Shown: in pieces, positions 27,559-36,619 of the stretch
Layout of the letters: the number at the start of each line of letters is the position of its first letter
Position numbering within the stretch: the stretch's first letter is position 1
Assembly: GCA_050015395.1 (NCBI GenBank)
Contig: JBEKBM010000003.1
Location: forward strand, 1-64,000
Source of the DNA: Candidatus Bathyarchaeia archaeon
Lineage (GTDB): Archaea; Thermoproteota; Bathyarchaeia; Bathyarchaeales; Bathycorpusculaceae
Reading direction: 5' to 3'
DNA: 64,000 nt
Notes under the pieces: generated by a model
Seen by the model: only the letters and a program-made list of their open reading frames with translations
What the model was told of the DNA's origin: nothing
Databases searched by the model: none
Program-made: the position numbers and the translations under genes

Positions 27559-27802
27559 TGCACATATTAACTATTTCGCGGTAAACCGCTTCAACTTGCA
27601 GTGGATCAAGATGAAATTCAACCGCTTTTTCTTTAACACGTTTGTAGATTTCATTTTCTCTGGAAGTGTCCCTTATTTTCATGTCTTTCTTTTTCTTAGC
27701 TAAGCCAATAGCCATGCATATTTTGGCTCTTTCGTTTAGGGCATCTAGGATTTGTTCGTCAACTTCGTCGACCTTTTTTCTGAGCTGTTGGATTTCATCC
27801 AT
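27542..27802 (-). CDS. Chorismate mutase (AroQ type)
   Basis: LRKKVDEVDEQI..LNER....IG..K, RD..RE. Confidence 0.9.
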   Translation of the reverse strand: MDEIQQLRKKVDEVDEQILDALNERAKICMAIGLAKKKKDMKIRDTSRENEIYKRVKEKAVEFHLDPLQVEAVYREIVNMCSAVQE

Positions 27803-28911
27803 TATTTCTGTCTCTCCAAAACTTTCGGTATAAAGCCAGCGCGAATCATATGGTCAGCTAAGGTTATGGCGACCGCAGATTCTATAGCGGGCACGGCTTT
27901 TGGGACGACACAGGGGTCATGCCTACCCTTAATGCTAAGATTCGTGTCTTCCATCGTAGACAGATTAATGGTCTTCTGTTCTTTGCCGATGGAAGGTGTC
28001 GGTTTTATTGCTACTCGCATCATGATTGGCATGCCATTGGATATTCCGCCCAAAATTCCGCCCATATTATCCGTTGAAGTTGCAACCCTTCCGCTCTGCA
28101 TAATATAGGGGTCGTTGCTTTCTGAGCCCTTTAACTCTGCAACTCTAAACCCCAAGCCGAACTCAACCCCTTTCACAGCGGGAATATCAAACAACGCTTT
28201 TGCTAAATCGGCATCAAGCGAATCAAACAGTGGCTCTCCAACTCCTACTGGAACATTTAGGGCAATGCATTCAACTATTCCGCCAAGACTATCGCCTTCT
28301 TTTCTCGCAGTGACTATGGCTTCCTCTATTCTTTCTGCACAGGCTAAGTCTGGACACCGGGTAGCCGCTGTGTACCTGTTCTTGCGGATTTCCTCAGCAG
28401 TAAACTTTTTATCACTTTTAACTTTGCCAACTGCTCGGGTGTAAGCTAAAATGTCAACGTCGAATCTGCTCAGTAGTTTTTTGGCTATTGCTCCAGCCAT
28501 GATGAGTGCGACTGTGAGTCTGCCTGAGAAGCGTCCGCCGCCTCGGTAATCGTTAAAGCCACCATACTTCACGCGGGCGGGATAATCGGCGTGTCCTGGT
28601 CTTGGCAGGTCCTTGATTGCCTCGTAATCGCTTGAGTCAACCTCCTTATTCTCAACCATCAAAGCGATTGGAGCACCAGTAGTGAAACCGTTAAAAACCC
28701 CTGAAAGAATTTTGGCAACGTCTTTTTCGATTCTTCCAGAAACTATTTTCGGCTCTGCTGGAATGCGCCTATCCAGTTCCACTTGGATGTCTGCTTCAGA
28801 AAGAGGCAATCCCGCAGGGCAACCGTCCACGACTGCGCCGACGTGTGTGCCGTGGCTTTCGCCGAAAGTGGTTACTGTTAATTCTTTACCTATCGAATTT
28901 CCCGCCAACAA
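27802..28911 (-). CDS. aroC: Chorismate synthase
   Basis: TFGESHG, PRPGHAD, GGGRFSGR, GRHDPC. Confidence 0.96.
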   Translation of the reverse strand: MLAGNSIGKELTVTTFGESHGTHVGAVVDGCPAGLPLSEADIQVELDRRIPAEPKIVSGRIEKDVAKILSGVFNGFTTGAPIALMVENKEVDSSDYEAIKDLPRPGHADYPARVKYGGFNDYRGGGRFSGRLTVALIMAGAIAKKLLSRFDVDILAYTRAVGKVKSDKKFTAEEIRKNRYTAATRCPDLACAERIEEAIVTARKEGDSLGGIVECIALNVPVGVGEPLFDSLDADLAKALFDIPAVKGVEFGLGFRVAELKGSESNDPYIMQSGRVATSTDNMGGILGGISNGMPIMMRVAIKPTPSIGKEQKTINLSTMEDTNLSIKGRHDPCVVPKAVPAIESAVAITLADHMIRAGFIPKVLERQK

Positions 28912-30190
28912 TTTCAGCTCCTATCTGTCTTAGATGAGTGAAGAACTGCGGATAAGACTTTCTAACGCACTCTGCATTTTGAACAGTGGTTTGCCCTTCT
29001 GCGCCTAGGGCTGCAACCGAGCAAGCCATCGCGATACGGTGATCATTATGCGGGTTAATCACTGCACCATTCAACGCACAGGGACCTCTCACAATTAGAC
29101 TGCTGGAATCCATATCTATTTGCGCACCCATCTTTCTTAGCTCAACATAAAGCGATGACAACCTATCTGACTCTTTTAGCCTGAGCCTTTGTGCACCGCT
29201 TATTCGAGAAGTTCCTTTCGCATAACATGCAAGCGTAGCACAAACTGGAACAAGATCAGGGATATTTTTTGCGTCGATGTTCAGAGGTTCAAGCAAACTA
29301 CCTGTTCCATTTATTTCAACACTGTCCTCACATACTTTCCCATTGACACCCATTTGCTTGAGGATGCCCAAAATCGCTTTATCGCCTTGAATGCTCTCAT
29401 AATCAAGATTGCTGATTTTTACTTTCGAGTTGGTTATGGCTGCGGCAGCTAGGAGAAAGGCAGCTGAAGAGAAGTCGCCGGGCACTTTGCAGTCAGAGGG
29501 CTTGTACGTTTGATTGGACGGAATATCTATGCGCTCAAAGTTACCTTGAACATAAACCTTGACTCCGTGTTTGGCGATGACATCTTGGGTAATTTTAACG
29601 TAATCCACAGACTCGAGCGGTGTTGTAAGAATGATTTCAGTATCCACCTTTGCCAACGGGCAAGCAAACATCAACCCAGATATGAACTGGGAACTAACAT
29701 CACCAGGAATAGACGTTTTGCCTCCAAGAATACCACCGCCTTCAACTAAGACGGCGTCTTTGTCGCCGAGTTTTTGCGAATGTGCTTTGGCACCAAGGTC
29801 CTTGAGGCTTTGAATCAAAGGCTCTATAGGTCTGCGTTCAAGAGAACCTCTGAAAACTAGTATTGATGGGTCAGGTGCAAGGGCAGCTACAGGTATCATG
29901 AAACGTAATGTAGCTCCAGATTCACCGCAGTCAATAGGCTCGTTGGCACTTTTAAGCGGCATTACGCCAGTAACTGTCCAGCAACCTTCCGCCTGCTTTA
30001 CTTTTGCGCCCAAAGCCATGATGGCTCGCAGGGTTGCTTCTGTATCCTCAGATAAAAGAGGATTAGATATTTTAGAAGTGCCATTAGACAGGGCATCGGC
30101 TATGAGCATTCGCTGTGTGTAAGACTTTGATGGAGGAGCACAAACCTTCCCACTTAAACGCTCAGTGTTTTTAACGATTACATCTGCCAT
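28886..30190 (-). CDS. aroA: EPSP synthase
   Basis: PPSKSYTQR, CGESGATLRF, SSQFISG, LRLKESDR, HNDHRIAM. Confidence 0.96.
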   Translation of the reverse strand: MADVIVKNTERLSGKVCAPPSKSYTQRMLIADALSNGTSKISNPLLSEDTEATLRAIMALGAKVKQAEGCWTVTGVMPLKSANEPIDCGESGATLRFMIPVAALAPDPSILVFRGSLERRPIEPLIQSLKDLGAKAHSQKLGDKDAVLVEGGGILGGKTSIPGDVSSQFISGLMFACPLAKVDTEIILTTPLESVDYVKITQDVIAKHGVKVYVQGNFERIDIPSNQTYKPSDCKVPGDFSSAAFLLAAAAITNSKVKISNLDYESIQGDKAILGILKQMGVNGKVCEDSVEINGTGSLLEPLNIDAKNIPDLVPVCATLACYAKGTSRISGAQRLRLKESDRLSSLYVELRKMGAQIDMDSSSLIVRGPCALNGAVINPHNDHRIAMACSVAALGAEGQTTVQNAECVRKSYPQFFTHLRQIGAEIVGGKFDR

Positions 30191-30193
30191 TGG

Positions 30194-31063
30194 CTAAAGC
30201 ACCTTAGCTTTCTCGCGGTTCAAGCGCGCCTCTAAGACTTTGCCATCATACTTCTGTAAAGCGGCTTTCACTGAATCAATCTTGTTCTTGGGCGTAACTG
30301 CTGTTACTGCGGGTCCTTTGCCGCATAATCCAGCTGCTACTGCTCCAGCAGCTAGCGCATCAATCGCAATTGAAGGGTTGTATCCTGAGGCTGAGGAGTA
30401 AATTAAGCCGTTAAGCGTCAATGCCTCCCAAACCTTTCCCTCCAAAGCTTCCTTGTACGCAACTTCAACGAGCGGTTTGACCGTTTGCAACCTGCACACG
30501 TTAGAGTCGGCTGTGTACGCTTTTTCAGGCGGTACATGGAACAGCACCGTTAAGTCTCCAGCCAACGGTAAATGCTTAACTATTTCTCGGCTCAAGTTGT
30601 CAGTAATTACTATGCCGCCGAAGTAGGAAGCGCAAGCGTCATCGAAAGCGCCTGTTACAGTCACTTTTGCGTCGAAAGCAGCGTCTACGCCCAACTTTAC
30701 GAGTTCCAAGTCGTCAAGCGTTTTGTCTAACGCCGCTGTGGCTGCTAGGGCTACTGCGTTTGCGGCTGCACTGCTGCTTTTTAATCCTTTGGCGATTGGA
30801 ATGTTTGACCAAGTTTTTACTTTGGCTCCAAAACTATTATCCAAACTGAACAGCTGGAGAACCCTCATCACGGTTTTTTCCATTAAGGCGGTATTTTCTT
30901 TGGGATCAGAGGTTATTTCTGCTTTGATAACATGAGGTTCATCCGTTAATTTGACTTCTGCTTTAGTCCACAAATCAACTCCGAATGCCGCACCTTTGCC
31001 GAATGCCATTGCGTTAACGATTGTTGCAGCCCCATGAGCTATAGCCGTAGCTTTTCCAGTCAA
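30194..31063 (-). CDS. aroK: Archaeal shikimate kinase (GHMP family)
   Basis: IPIAKGLKSSSAA, VTGAFDDA. Confidence 0.92.
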   Translation of the reverse strand: MTGKATAIAHGAATIVNAMAFGKGAAFGVDLWTKAEVKLTDEPHVIKAEITSDPKENTALMEKTVMRVLQLFSLDNSFGAKVKTWSNIPIAKGLKSSSAAANAVALAATAALDKTLDDLELVKLGVDAAFDAKVTVTGAFDDACASYFGGIVITDNLSREIVKHLPLAGDLTVLFHVPPEKAYTADSNVCRLQTVKPLVEVAYKEALEGKVWEALTLNGLIYSSASGYNPSIAIDALAAGAVAAGLCGKGPAVTAVTPKNKIDSVKAALQKYDGKVLEARLNREKAKVL

Positions 31064-31067
31064 CTTT

Positions 31068-31925
31068 CTACACCTTTAACAAGTGGTTAAGCGCTGCCTT
31101 CCTCATAACTTCAACCGGCGCCTTGCCACTGGTCCAGATTTCAAAGGATGCAGCACCTTGATAAATTAACATTTCAACCCCACTCACTACTTTGGCGCCC
31201 ACCGCTTTAGCGTCCTTCGCTAACTTGGTTTCAACTGGACTGTACACTATGTCCATCACTGCCAAATCAGCTTTCAACCATTCAGGCGCGACTGGAGTTT
31301 GGTTAGCGTTTGGTTTCATTCCGACTGAGGTAGCGTTAATCAGCACATCGGAATCAACAAGGTTATCTTTGATTGTTCCGGGCGTAAGCGCATTTGCGAT
31401 GACTTTTTTGTTGAACGCTTTTTTCAAAAGGTTAGTTAGTTCCGTTGCTGGTTTAGCTGTTCGATTCAGAATTACTAGTTCATCGGCTTCTTGCGCAAGA
31501 GTGTATGCTATGGCTCTTGCGGCGCCGCCTGCTCCAAGCAACAGCACCTTTTTGCCTCTTGGCTCAACGCCGTTCTCTCTTAGAGCTTTTAGGGCTCCGA
31601 TGCCGTCAGTGTTAAAGCCAAAGAGTCTTCCAGCCTTGTTAAGGATAGTATTTACTGAGCCTATGGTTTTGGAAGCTTGGTCAATTTCATCTAAGTAGTT
31701 GATAACTGTGCTTTTGTGTGGCATGGTTACGTTTAACCCGTGAATGGTCAAGGCTCGCATGCCGCTTATGGCGTTTCCGACTTCAGCTGGTTTTACTTTG
31801 AACGCTAAAAACACGTAGTCCAGTTTCAAAGCCTCAAACGCTGCATTATGCATGATTGGGCTCAGCGTGTGCTCTATTGGGTCACCGATTACTCCGCAAA
31901 CACGTGTTTTTCCTGAAATAACCAT
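31068..31925 (-). CDS. aroE: Shikimate dehydrogenase
   Basis: HTLSP.MHN, NVTMPHK, NTDG, GAGGAARA. Confidence 0.95.
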   Translation of the reverse strand: MVISGKTRVCGVIGDPIEHTLSPIMHNAAFEALKLDYVFLAFKVKPAEVGNAISGMRALTIHGLNVTMPHKSTVINYLDEIDQASKTIGSVNTILNKAGRLFGFNTDGIGALKALRENGVEPRGKKVLLLGAGGAARAIAYTLAQEADELVILNRTAKPATELTNLLKKAFNKKVIANALTPGTIKDNLVDSDVLINATSVGMKPNANQTPVAPEWLKADLAVMDIVYSPVETKLAKDAKAVGAKVVSGVEMLIYQGAASFEIWTSGKAPVEVMRKAALNHLLKV

Positions 31926-31930
31926 CTTAT

Positions 31931-32611
31931 TTATGCTCCTAAGAGGTTGTAAATACCCCTCATTTCTTGAACAGTCATTTGCCCTGACGCAGTTTCGTTG
32001 CCCTGCTCAAGCGAAGCGAATGTGAAGAATGCACCGAACATTGGTGAGAGAAGCCTGGAAACCTTGCCTTGTTCACCCATGCAGAAACAGACAAGTTTAG
32101 CCTTGCTTGACATGGAAGAAACAAAATTCAGCACCGCCAGATTGTCTTCGATTTTCTTTGCAGCTGTCACTATTTTGCAGACGATGGCTCCGCCGGCAAT
32201 TTCTTTTTCCAGAACCGTTTCCATTTCACAAACACTTAATGCGCCGTCGAATTTGTGGTAGGAAACGATTGGTTTAGCGCTCAATAGCTTGAGTTTTTCG
32301 ATTGTTTCTTTATGTTTTGGGCTTGACAGGTTAACGTCAACATATTCGAAGCCGTTCTTGGCAGCGTTTAGTAATGTTTGTTGCCGCTCGGTTTCTGTTC
32401 CAGCATAAAAGCCTTTTTCAATCAAGAGCTTGTTTGTTGCGATTAGCGGAACTTTGGTGCTTTTAACAAGTTCTGATAGGTTTCTGGACGCTTCAAAGCA
32501 GTCTAGCCTAACTTCTATGAGGTTTGCTTGGGCTTTTTCTGCCCTCTCGATGAGACTTAACGCTTCAAGATTATTTTTTGGGAGAATCGAGACGCAGATT
32601 CTCGCTGTCAC
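31931..32611 (-). CDS. aroD: Type I 3-dehydroquinate dehydratase
   Basis: IEVRLD, IVSYH, KIV, FCMGEQGKVSR, ASGQ. Confidence 0.9.
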   Translation of the reverse strand: MTARICVSILPKNNLEALSLIERAEKAQANLIEVRLDCFEASRNLSELVKSTKVPLIATNKLLIEKGFYAGTETERQQTLLNAAKNGFEYVDVNLSSPKHKETIEKLKLLSAKPIVSYHKFDGALSVCEMETVLEKEIAGGAIVCKIVTAAKKIEDNLAVLNFVSSMSSKAKLVCFCMGEQGKVSRLLSPMFGAFFTFASLEQGNETASGQMTVQEMRGIYNLLGA

Positions 32612-33648
32612 TTTTCTATCACCGTTTCTTCAGGCACGGATACGCCGAAGTGTCGGCCTCCTTTCGCGGCTATGTGCACTATGACTTCATCGTTTGGTTT
32701 TAGTTCTGTTACTGGTTTTGAAGCTTTCGGTGTCACCACTCGTATTGTTTCGGCGTTTTGAAGTATAATCTTGATTTTTGTGTCGCCGACTTGGGCTTCG
32801 ATTAGGAGTAGAGGTCGAAACTCAATTTTTGACCGTCCCACATTTGTTATTCGAGCTTTTCCTTCCCTATTAATGATTAAAACTTCATCGCCCGCTTTCA
32901 ACTCGGACAGATACCGAGTACCCTGCAGAGAAGTTAACGTGTAGTTTGACGCTGCCCCGGCGTTTACCCGGAAAGGCCTAGAATTTACGTAGGGGTTTTC
33001 ATTTACTTCAGCCTCTACAAGAAAGAAGCCTGCGGATTGGCATCCGACCAGCATTCCTTCGCCCGGAACCATTAAGTCAACAGTGTCCACGCAGACTCTG
33101 GCTCCACTGCTAATCGGTTTAGTTGATACGATTTTAGCTACAGTTAAAGTTATTTTGGGCATTTGCTCTTTAACGATTTTGGTGGCTTTTGAAAGCTCGT
33201 TGGGGTTTGAGGTTTTTAGCAAAACACCGTCGGTTCCTAGTTCTAGGGCTTCAAGAACCAGTTTCGCGTCTTCTGCGGTGGTGACTTCGGCGATTAGTTT
33301 GCTTTTGCCTCTTGCCTTCGCAATCAAATTTTCAAGCGGAATTACCCGCCAATCAAGACAGTTAATGATAATGTAATCAACCCCGAGTTCTGCCGCTTCG
33401 ACGGCTTTATTTTCGTCTTCTTTTCCCTTTATGCTGATTTTGATGGCGGTTTTTTTACCCTCGTTTTTGTGTTGGGCTATTTTTTTCTCGTTTAGTTCAG
33501 TGAGGAAGGTTATGTTTAATTTGCCAGAGCGGTTACCCGCCTGGGTATCTTCAATGATTACGTCAGCGTTTTCATGGGCGAGGCTGAGTAAAGTTTCTTT
33601 TTCTTGCGGTGAAGCAGCTTGGTCTATTTCTACCCATAGTTCCTTCAA
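32608..33648 (-). CDS. aroB': 3-dehydroquinate synthase II (DKFP pathway)
   Basis: WRVIPLENL, RVCVDT, RPFRVNAGA, LQNAETIR, GRHFG. Confidence 0.93.
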   Translation of the reverse strand: MKELWVEIDQAASPQEKETLLSLAHENADVIIEDTQAGNRSGKLNITFLTELNEKKIAQHKNEGKKTAIKISIKGKEDENKAVEAAELGVDYIIINCLDWRVIPLENLIAKARGKSKLIAEVTTAEDAKLVLEALELGTDGVLLKTSNPNELSKATKIVKEQMPKITLTVAKIVSTKPISSGARVCVDTVDLMVPGEGMLVGCQSAGFFLVEAEVNENPYVNSRPFRVNAGAASNYTLTSLQGTRYLSELKAGDEVLIINREGKARITNVGRSKIEFRPLLLIEAQVGDTKIKIILQNAETIRVVTPKASKPVTELKPNDEVIVHIAAKGGRHFGVSVPEETVIEK

Positions 33649-34436
33649 TGGTGCTCACCGAGAATTTTAAGCGCTTGCTCTACGCTAACGCCGTCATGAA
33701 CGATTGCTGATAGCGCTTTAACTATTAAAGTTGGGTTCTCGTTTTGGAACACGTTTCGTCCAATGGAGAGTCCTGCAGCGCCAGCTTTTATTGAGTCATG
33801 TGTGGTTTGGAGGATTTCTTGGGATGTTTTGCATTTTGGTCCTCCAGCAATTACCACTGGAACTGGGCAGCTTTCGACGACTGTTTTGAAGGTGTCTATG
33901 TTGCCTGTGAAGTTTGCTTTAATTATGTCTGCGCCTAGTTCAGCGCCAATTCTTGCAGCGTGGGCTACCACGTCAGGCGCATGTTCGTTTTGTATTTTTG
34001 GTCCACGAGCGTACATCATTGCAAGCAGCGGCATACCGTATATGTCGCATTCGTCGGATACTTTGCCTAGGTTACTTAGCATTTTGTCCTCGTCTTGTGC
34101 ACCAACGTTCACGTGTACGGACACTGCATCTGCGCCTAAGCGTATGGCTTCTTGAACAGTGCACACTTGGACTTTACCGTTTATGTTCGGGCTAAGGTTT
34201 GACATGCCTGATAACTGCACTATTAAACCTGCGTTTCCAGCGTCAACGTATTTGGCTATGCCTTTGTGGACTAGTACGGCGTCGACTCCACCTTTGAGGA
34301 GTTGATTGATTATTTGCTGCATGTCGATTATTCCTTGGATTGGGCCGATTGTTACGCCGTGATCCATGGGTACGATTACTGTGCGGTTGTCTTGCCGCAT
34401 GATTCTTTTTAATCGTCGTGTTTTTCCTTGGTTCAT
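33645..34436 (-). CDS. aroA': 2-amino-3,7-dideoxy-D-threo-hept-6-ulosonate synthase
   Basis: VPMDHG, GADAVSVHVNVG, MMYARG, AELGADIIK; adjacent to aroB'. Confidence 0.9.
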   Translation of the reverse strand: MNQGKTRRLKRIMRQDNRTVIVPMDHGVTIGPIQGIIDMQQIINQLLKGGVDAVLVHKGIAKYVDAGNAGLIVQLSGMSNLSPNINGKVQVCTVQEAIRLGADAVSVHVNVGAQDEDKMLSNLGKVSDECDIYGMPLLAMMYARGPKIQNEHAPDVVAHAARIGAELGADIIKANFTGNIDTFKTVVESCPVPVVIAGGPKCKTSQEILQTTHDSIKAGAAGLSIGRNVFQNENPTLIVKALSAIVHDGVSVEQALKILGEHH

Positions 34437-34452
34437 ATTTAGTCACCTTTGC

Positions 34453-35700
34453 TTATTTGGAAGTCCTTAATGAGTTTTTAATTAGTTTCAAGGCTTTTTC
34501 ACGTTCATTCCAATCTACAAAGAGCAGAATGCTTGATGTTATGGTTAGTATGCCTGAAATGTTTATCCCGTTTAATCTGAGGTCTTCGCTGATTTTTCCT
34601 ATTATGCCGTGGGTCTCTTCTAAGCCGACACCGCTTGTTTTTATGAAGACTAGGTCTTTTTTGACCGCCATTGCTATGGTTTCTTTATTGTTCTTTGTGA
34701 TATCATGAATATCATTAAAGAGCACGTCCAAGTTTTTTTCTTGAGAAGCGTAAAGTATAATTGAGTTTGTGTTCATTGACATGCCGAGAAGCAGGGAGTG
34801 CTGTTTGGTTTTTTCCACCATTTCTTGGATGATTTGGGGGTTTGCGGAGATGCCGTTTCCGATTACTGTTATTTCAGCGACTGGAAAGGGATGTGCTATT
34901 TCCGCGTCCAGTTCACTTGCTAATGCGCCTGTGATTACTGTGCCTTCTTTAGTTAAGTTGCCGTGTGCGTGGTTGATTACTCGGACGTTGATGTTTTTTG
35001 GTTTGTACTTTAAGGCTTTGCTGTGAATAAATTTGGCGCCTGAATCAGCTAAGCCTACTAGGGTGTTAACGTCGATTTCTCTTAGGCGTTCTGGGTTGGA
35101 GACAGTCTTGGGATCACCTGACATTATGCCATCCGCGTCGGTGACTAAGACGATTTCGTCAGCGTTTAATGCTTCAGCTAGGACAAACGCGGTTGTGTCG
35201 CTGCCGCCTCTTCCGAGAGTGGTGATTTTGCCGTCTTTAGTTTTGCCAAGGAACCCAGCGACTACTGGTATTATACCCTTTTCCATAAGGGGCAGTATGC
35301 ATTCACGAATATTTTTTTCGCAATCTTTCAGGATTGGATTGGCGTTTTGGAATGCTGAGTCAGTTATTATTGGCCAGTTGTTGTCTATTGGGTCAAAGTA
35401 GCAGGATTCTGCACCGTTAGTTTTTAGCGCAGCAGCGAATATTCTTATGCTGGTTCGCTCACCCATCGAGAGGATATCATCCAAGTCTTTTTTCTCTAAT
35501 TTTCCATTGGAAGCGTTTTTCGCTGTCGTCATAAGGACATCGGTTGTTTTGCCCATAGCGGAAACTACAACGGCGACCTGTGTGCCTTTTTTGGCTTCGT
35601 TCACGACGGCAACAACCGCTTTTAAGAGCCTCTCGTGATCCGCTAGGCTAGAACCACCAAATTTAACAACAATTCTTTCGTTAGAGGTATTTTTTTCCAT
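34453..35700 (-). CDS. lysC: Aspartate kinase (first gene of the aromatic operon)
   Basis: VVKFGGSS, SAMGKTTD, TTLGRGGSDTTA, C-terminal ACT-like region. Confidence 0.9.
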   Translation of the reverse strand: MEKNTSNERIVVKFGGSSLADHERLLKAVVAVVNEAKKGTQVAVVVSAMGKTTDVLMTTAKNASNGKLEKKDLDDILSMGERTSIRIFAAALKTNGAESCYFDPIDNNWPIITDSAFQNANPILKDCEKNIRECILPLMEKGIIPVVAGFLGKTKDGKITTLGRGGSDTTAFVLAEALNADEIVLVTDADGIMSGDPKTVSNPERLREIDVNTLVGLADSGAKFIHSKALKYKPKNINVRVINHAHGNLTKEGTVITGALASELDAEIAHPFPVAEITVIGNGISANPQIIQEMVEKTKQHSLLLGMSMNTNSIILYASQEKNLDVLFNDIHDITKNNKETIAMAVKKDLVFIKTSGVGLEETHGIIGKISEDLRLNGINISGILTITSSILLFVDWNEREKALKLIKNSLRTSK

Positions 35701-35718
35701 CTTTTACACCCATGCTTT

Positions 35719-35756
35719 GCCCAGAACTTTGCTTAAAAAATTTCTTAGTTCTGGGC
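35719..35756 (-). promoter_or_regulatory. Perfect 10-bp hairpin with a U6-containing loop between the leader ORF and aspartokinase (candidate attenuator)
   Basis: mRNA sense: GCCCAGAACT-AAGAAATTTTTTAAGCAA-AGTTCTGGGC, starting directly after the leader stop codon. Confidence 0.7.
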
Positions 35757-35840
35757 TTAAGGAAAATAATGATAAAAGTAGTAGTCGAAGCTAAGGAGTT
35801 GTGATGCACTTGTTTCTATCTTGCTTTTGCAATTAGACAT
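35757..35840 (-). CDS. Putative Phe/Tyr-rich leader peptide (MSNCKSKIETSASQLLSFDYYFYHYFP)
   Basis: 7 of the last 10 codons are Phe/Tyr; TATA-like CTTATATT about 40 nt upstream; precedes the Phe/Tyr biosynthesis operon. Confidence 0.75.
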   Translation of the reverse strand: MSNCKSKIETSASQLLSFDYYFYHYFP

Positions 35841-36619
35841 TGTAGCTTCGAACCCTTGCTCAATCAGTCATCATCCAGAAAATATAAGCGTTTCGGAAAC
35901 AGCAGTAGATCCGCAAGTGCTTTAGCAAAAAGAGCCTAAAGTTTTCATTGGTTTTGCTTAAAGTAACTTTGCTATTTGGGTCTTCTTCTATGTCATGGTT
36001 TTCAATAGGGTAAAATATACGTGTGTAGGCTACTACCTACCGGGGGGTCAAATGCATATACGTTTTGTAGATACAATTTGACGATACAGTTTCAAAGAAC
36101 AGGCGGGAGAGCATATGCCTAAAGCGTTTAAGGCATTCAAGTGCGAGGCATTGCAAAGTTAGTGCTCTTAGCCATTGGAGGAACCTGCAATGTTAGTGAC
36201 AGGCGCTCAGGTGAATACTCCACAACATCGTTTAGCAGTTTTCAAGCTTTACTAAAGCTCACCTGCGGAACTACTGAACAGGATGACAGTTTAACTGATA
36301 AGTGCCTAACTATGACATGCCAGTTTCTAATTAAATAGCATACAAGCCTAAGGGGGGTCTACTTTTAGCCTAGGTGTTTGAGTAGCAAAAAGACTACCCT
36401 ATTTGGTCAGTCGACTTGTAAAACAAGCCTTTGTATGCTGTTATGCTTTCTTTTGCTTTTCTTCAGCTAAGCATCCACAATAAAAAATGTAGTTTCAAGA
36501 AACAAAAAAATAACAAAATCGCTCCGCTAAGAGCAAATTACGAGCCAGCAGTTCATTGCGACGGGGTATAGTCTTTATCAATTTGACCGTGCTATAAAGA
36601 ACCTAAAGAAGGTATTCGA

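Noticed and set aside
36000-36420. Replication origin (ORB elements)
   Set aside because: G-strings are present, but there is no TTCCAGTGGAAAC-like ORB core and no adjacent cdc6/orc1.
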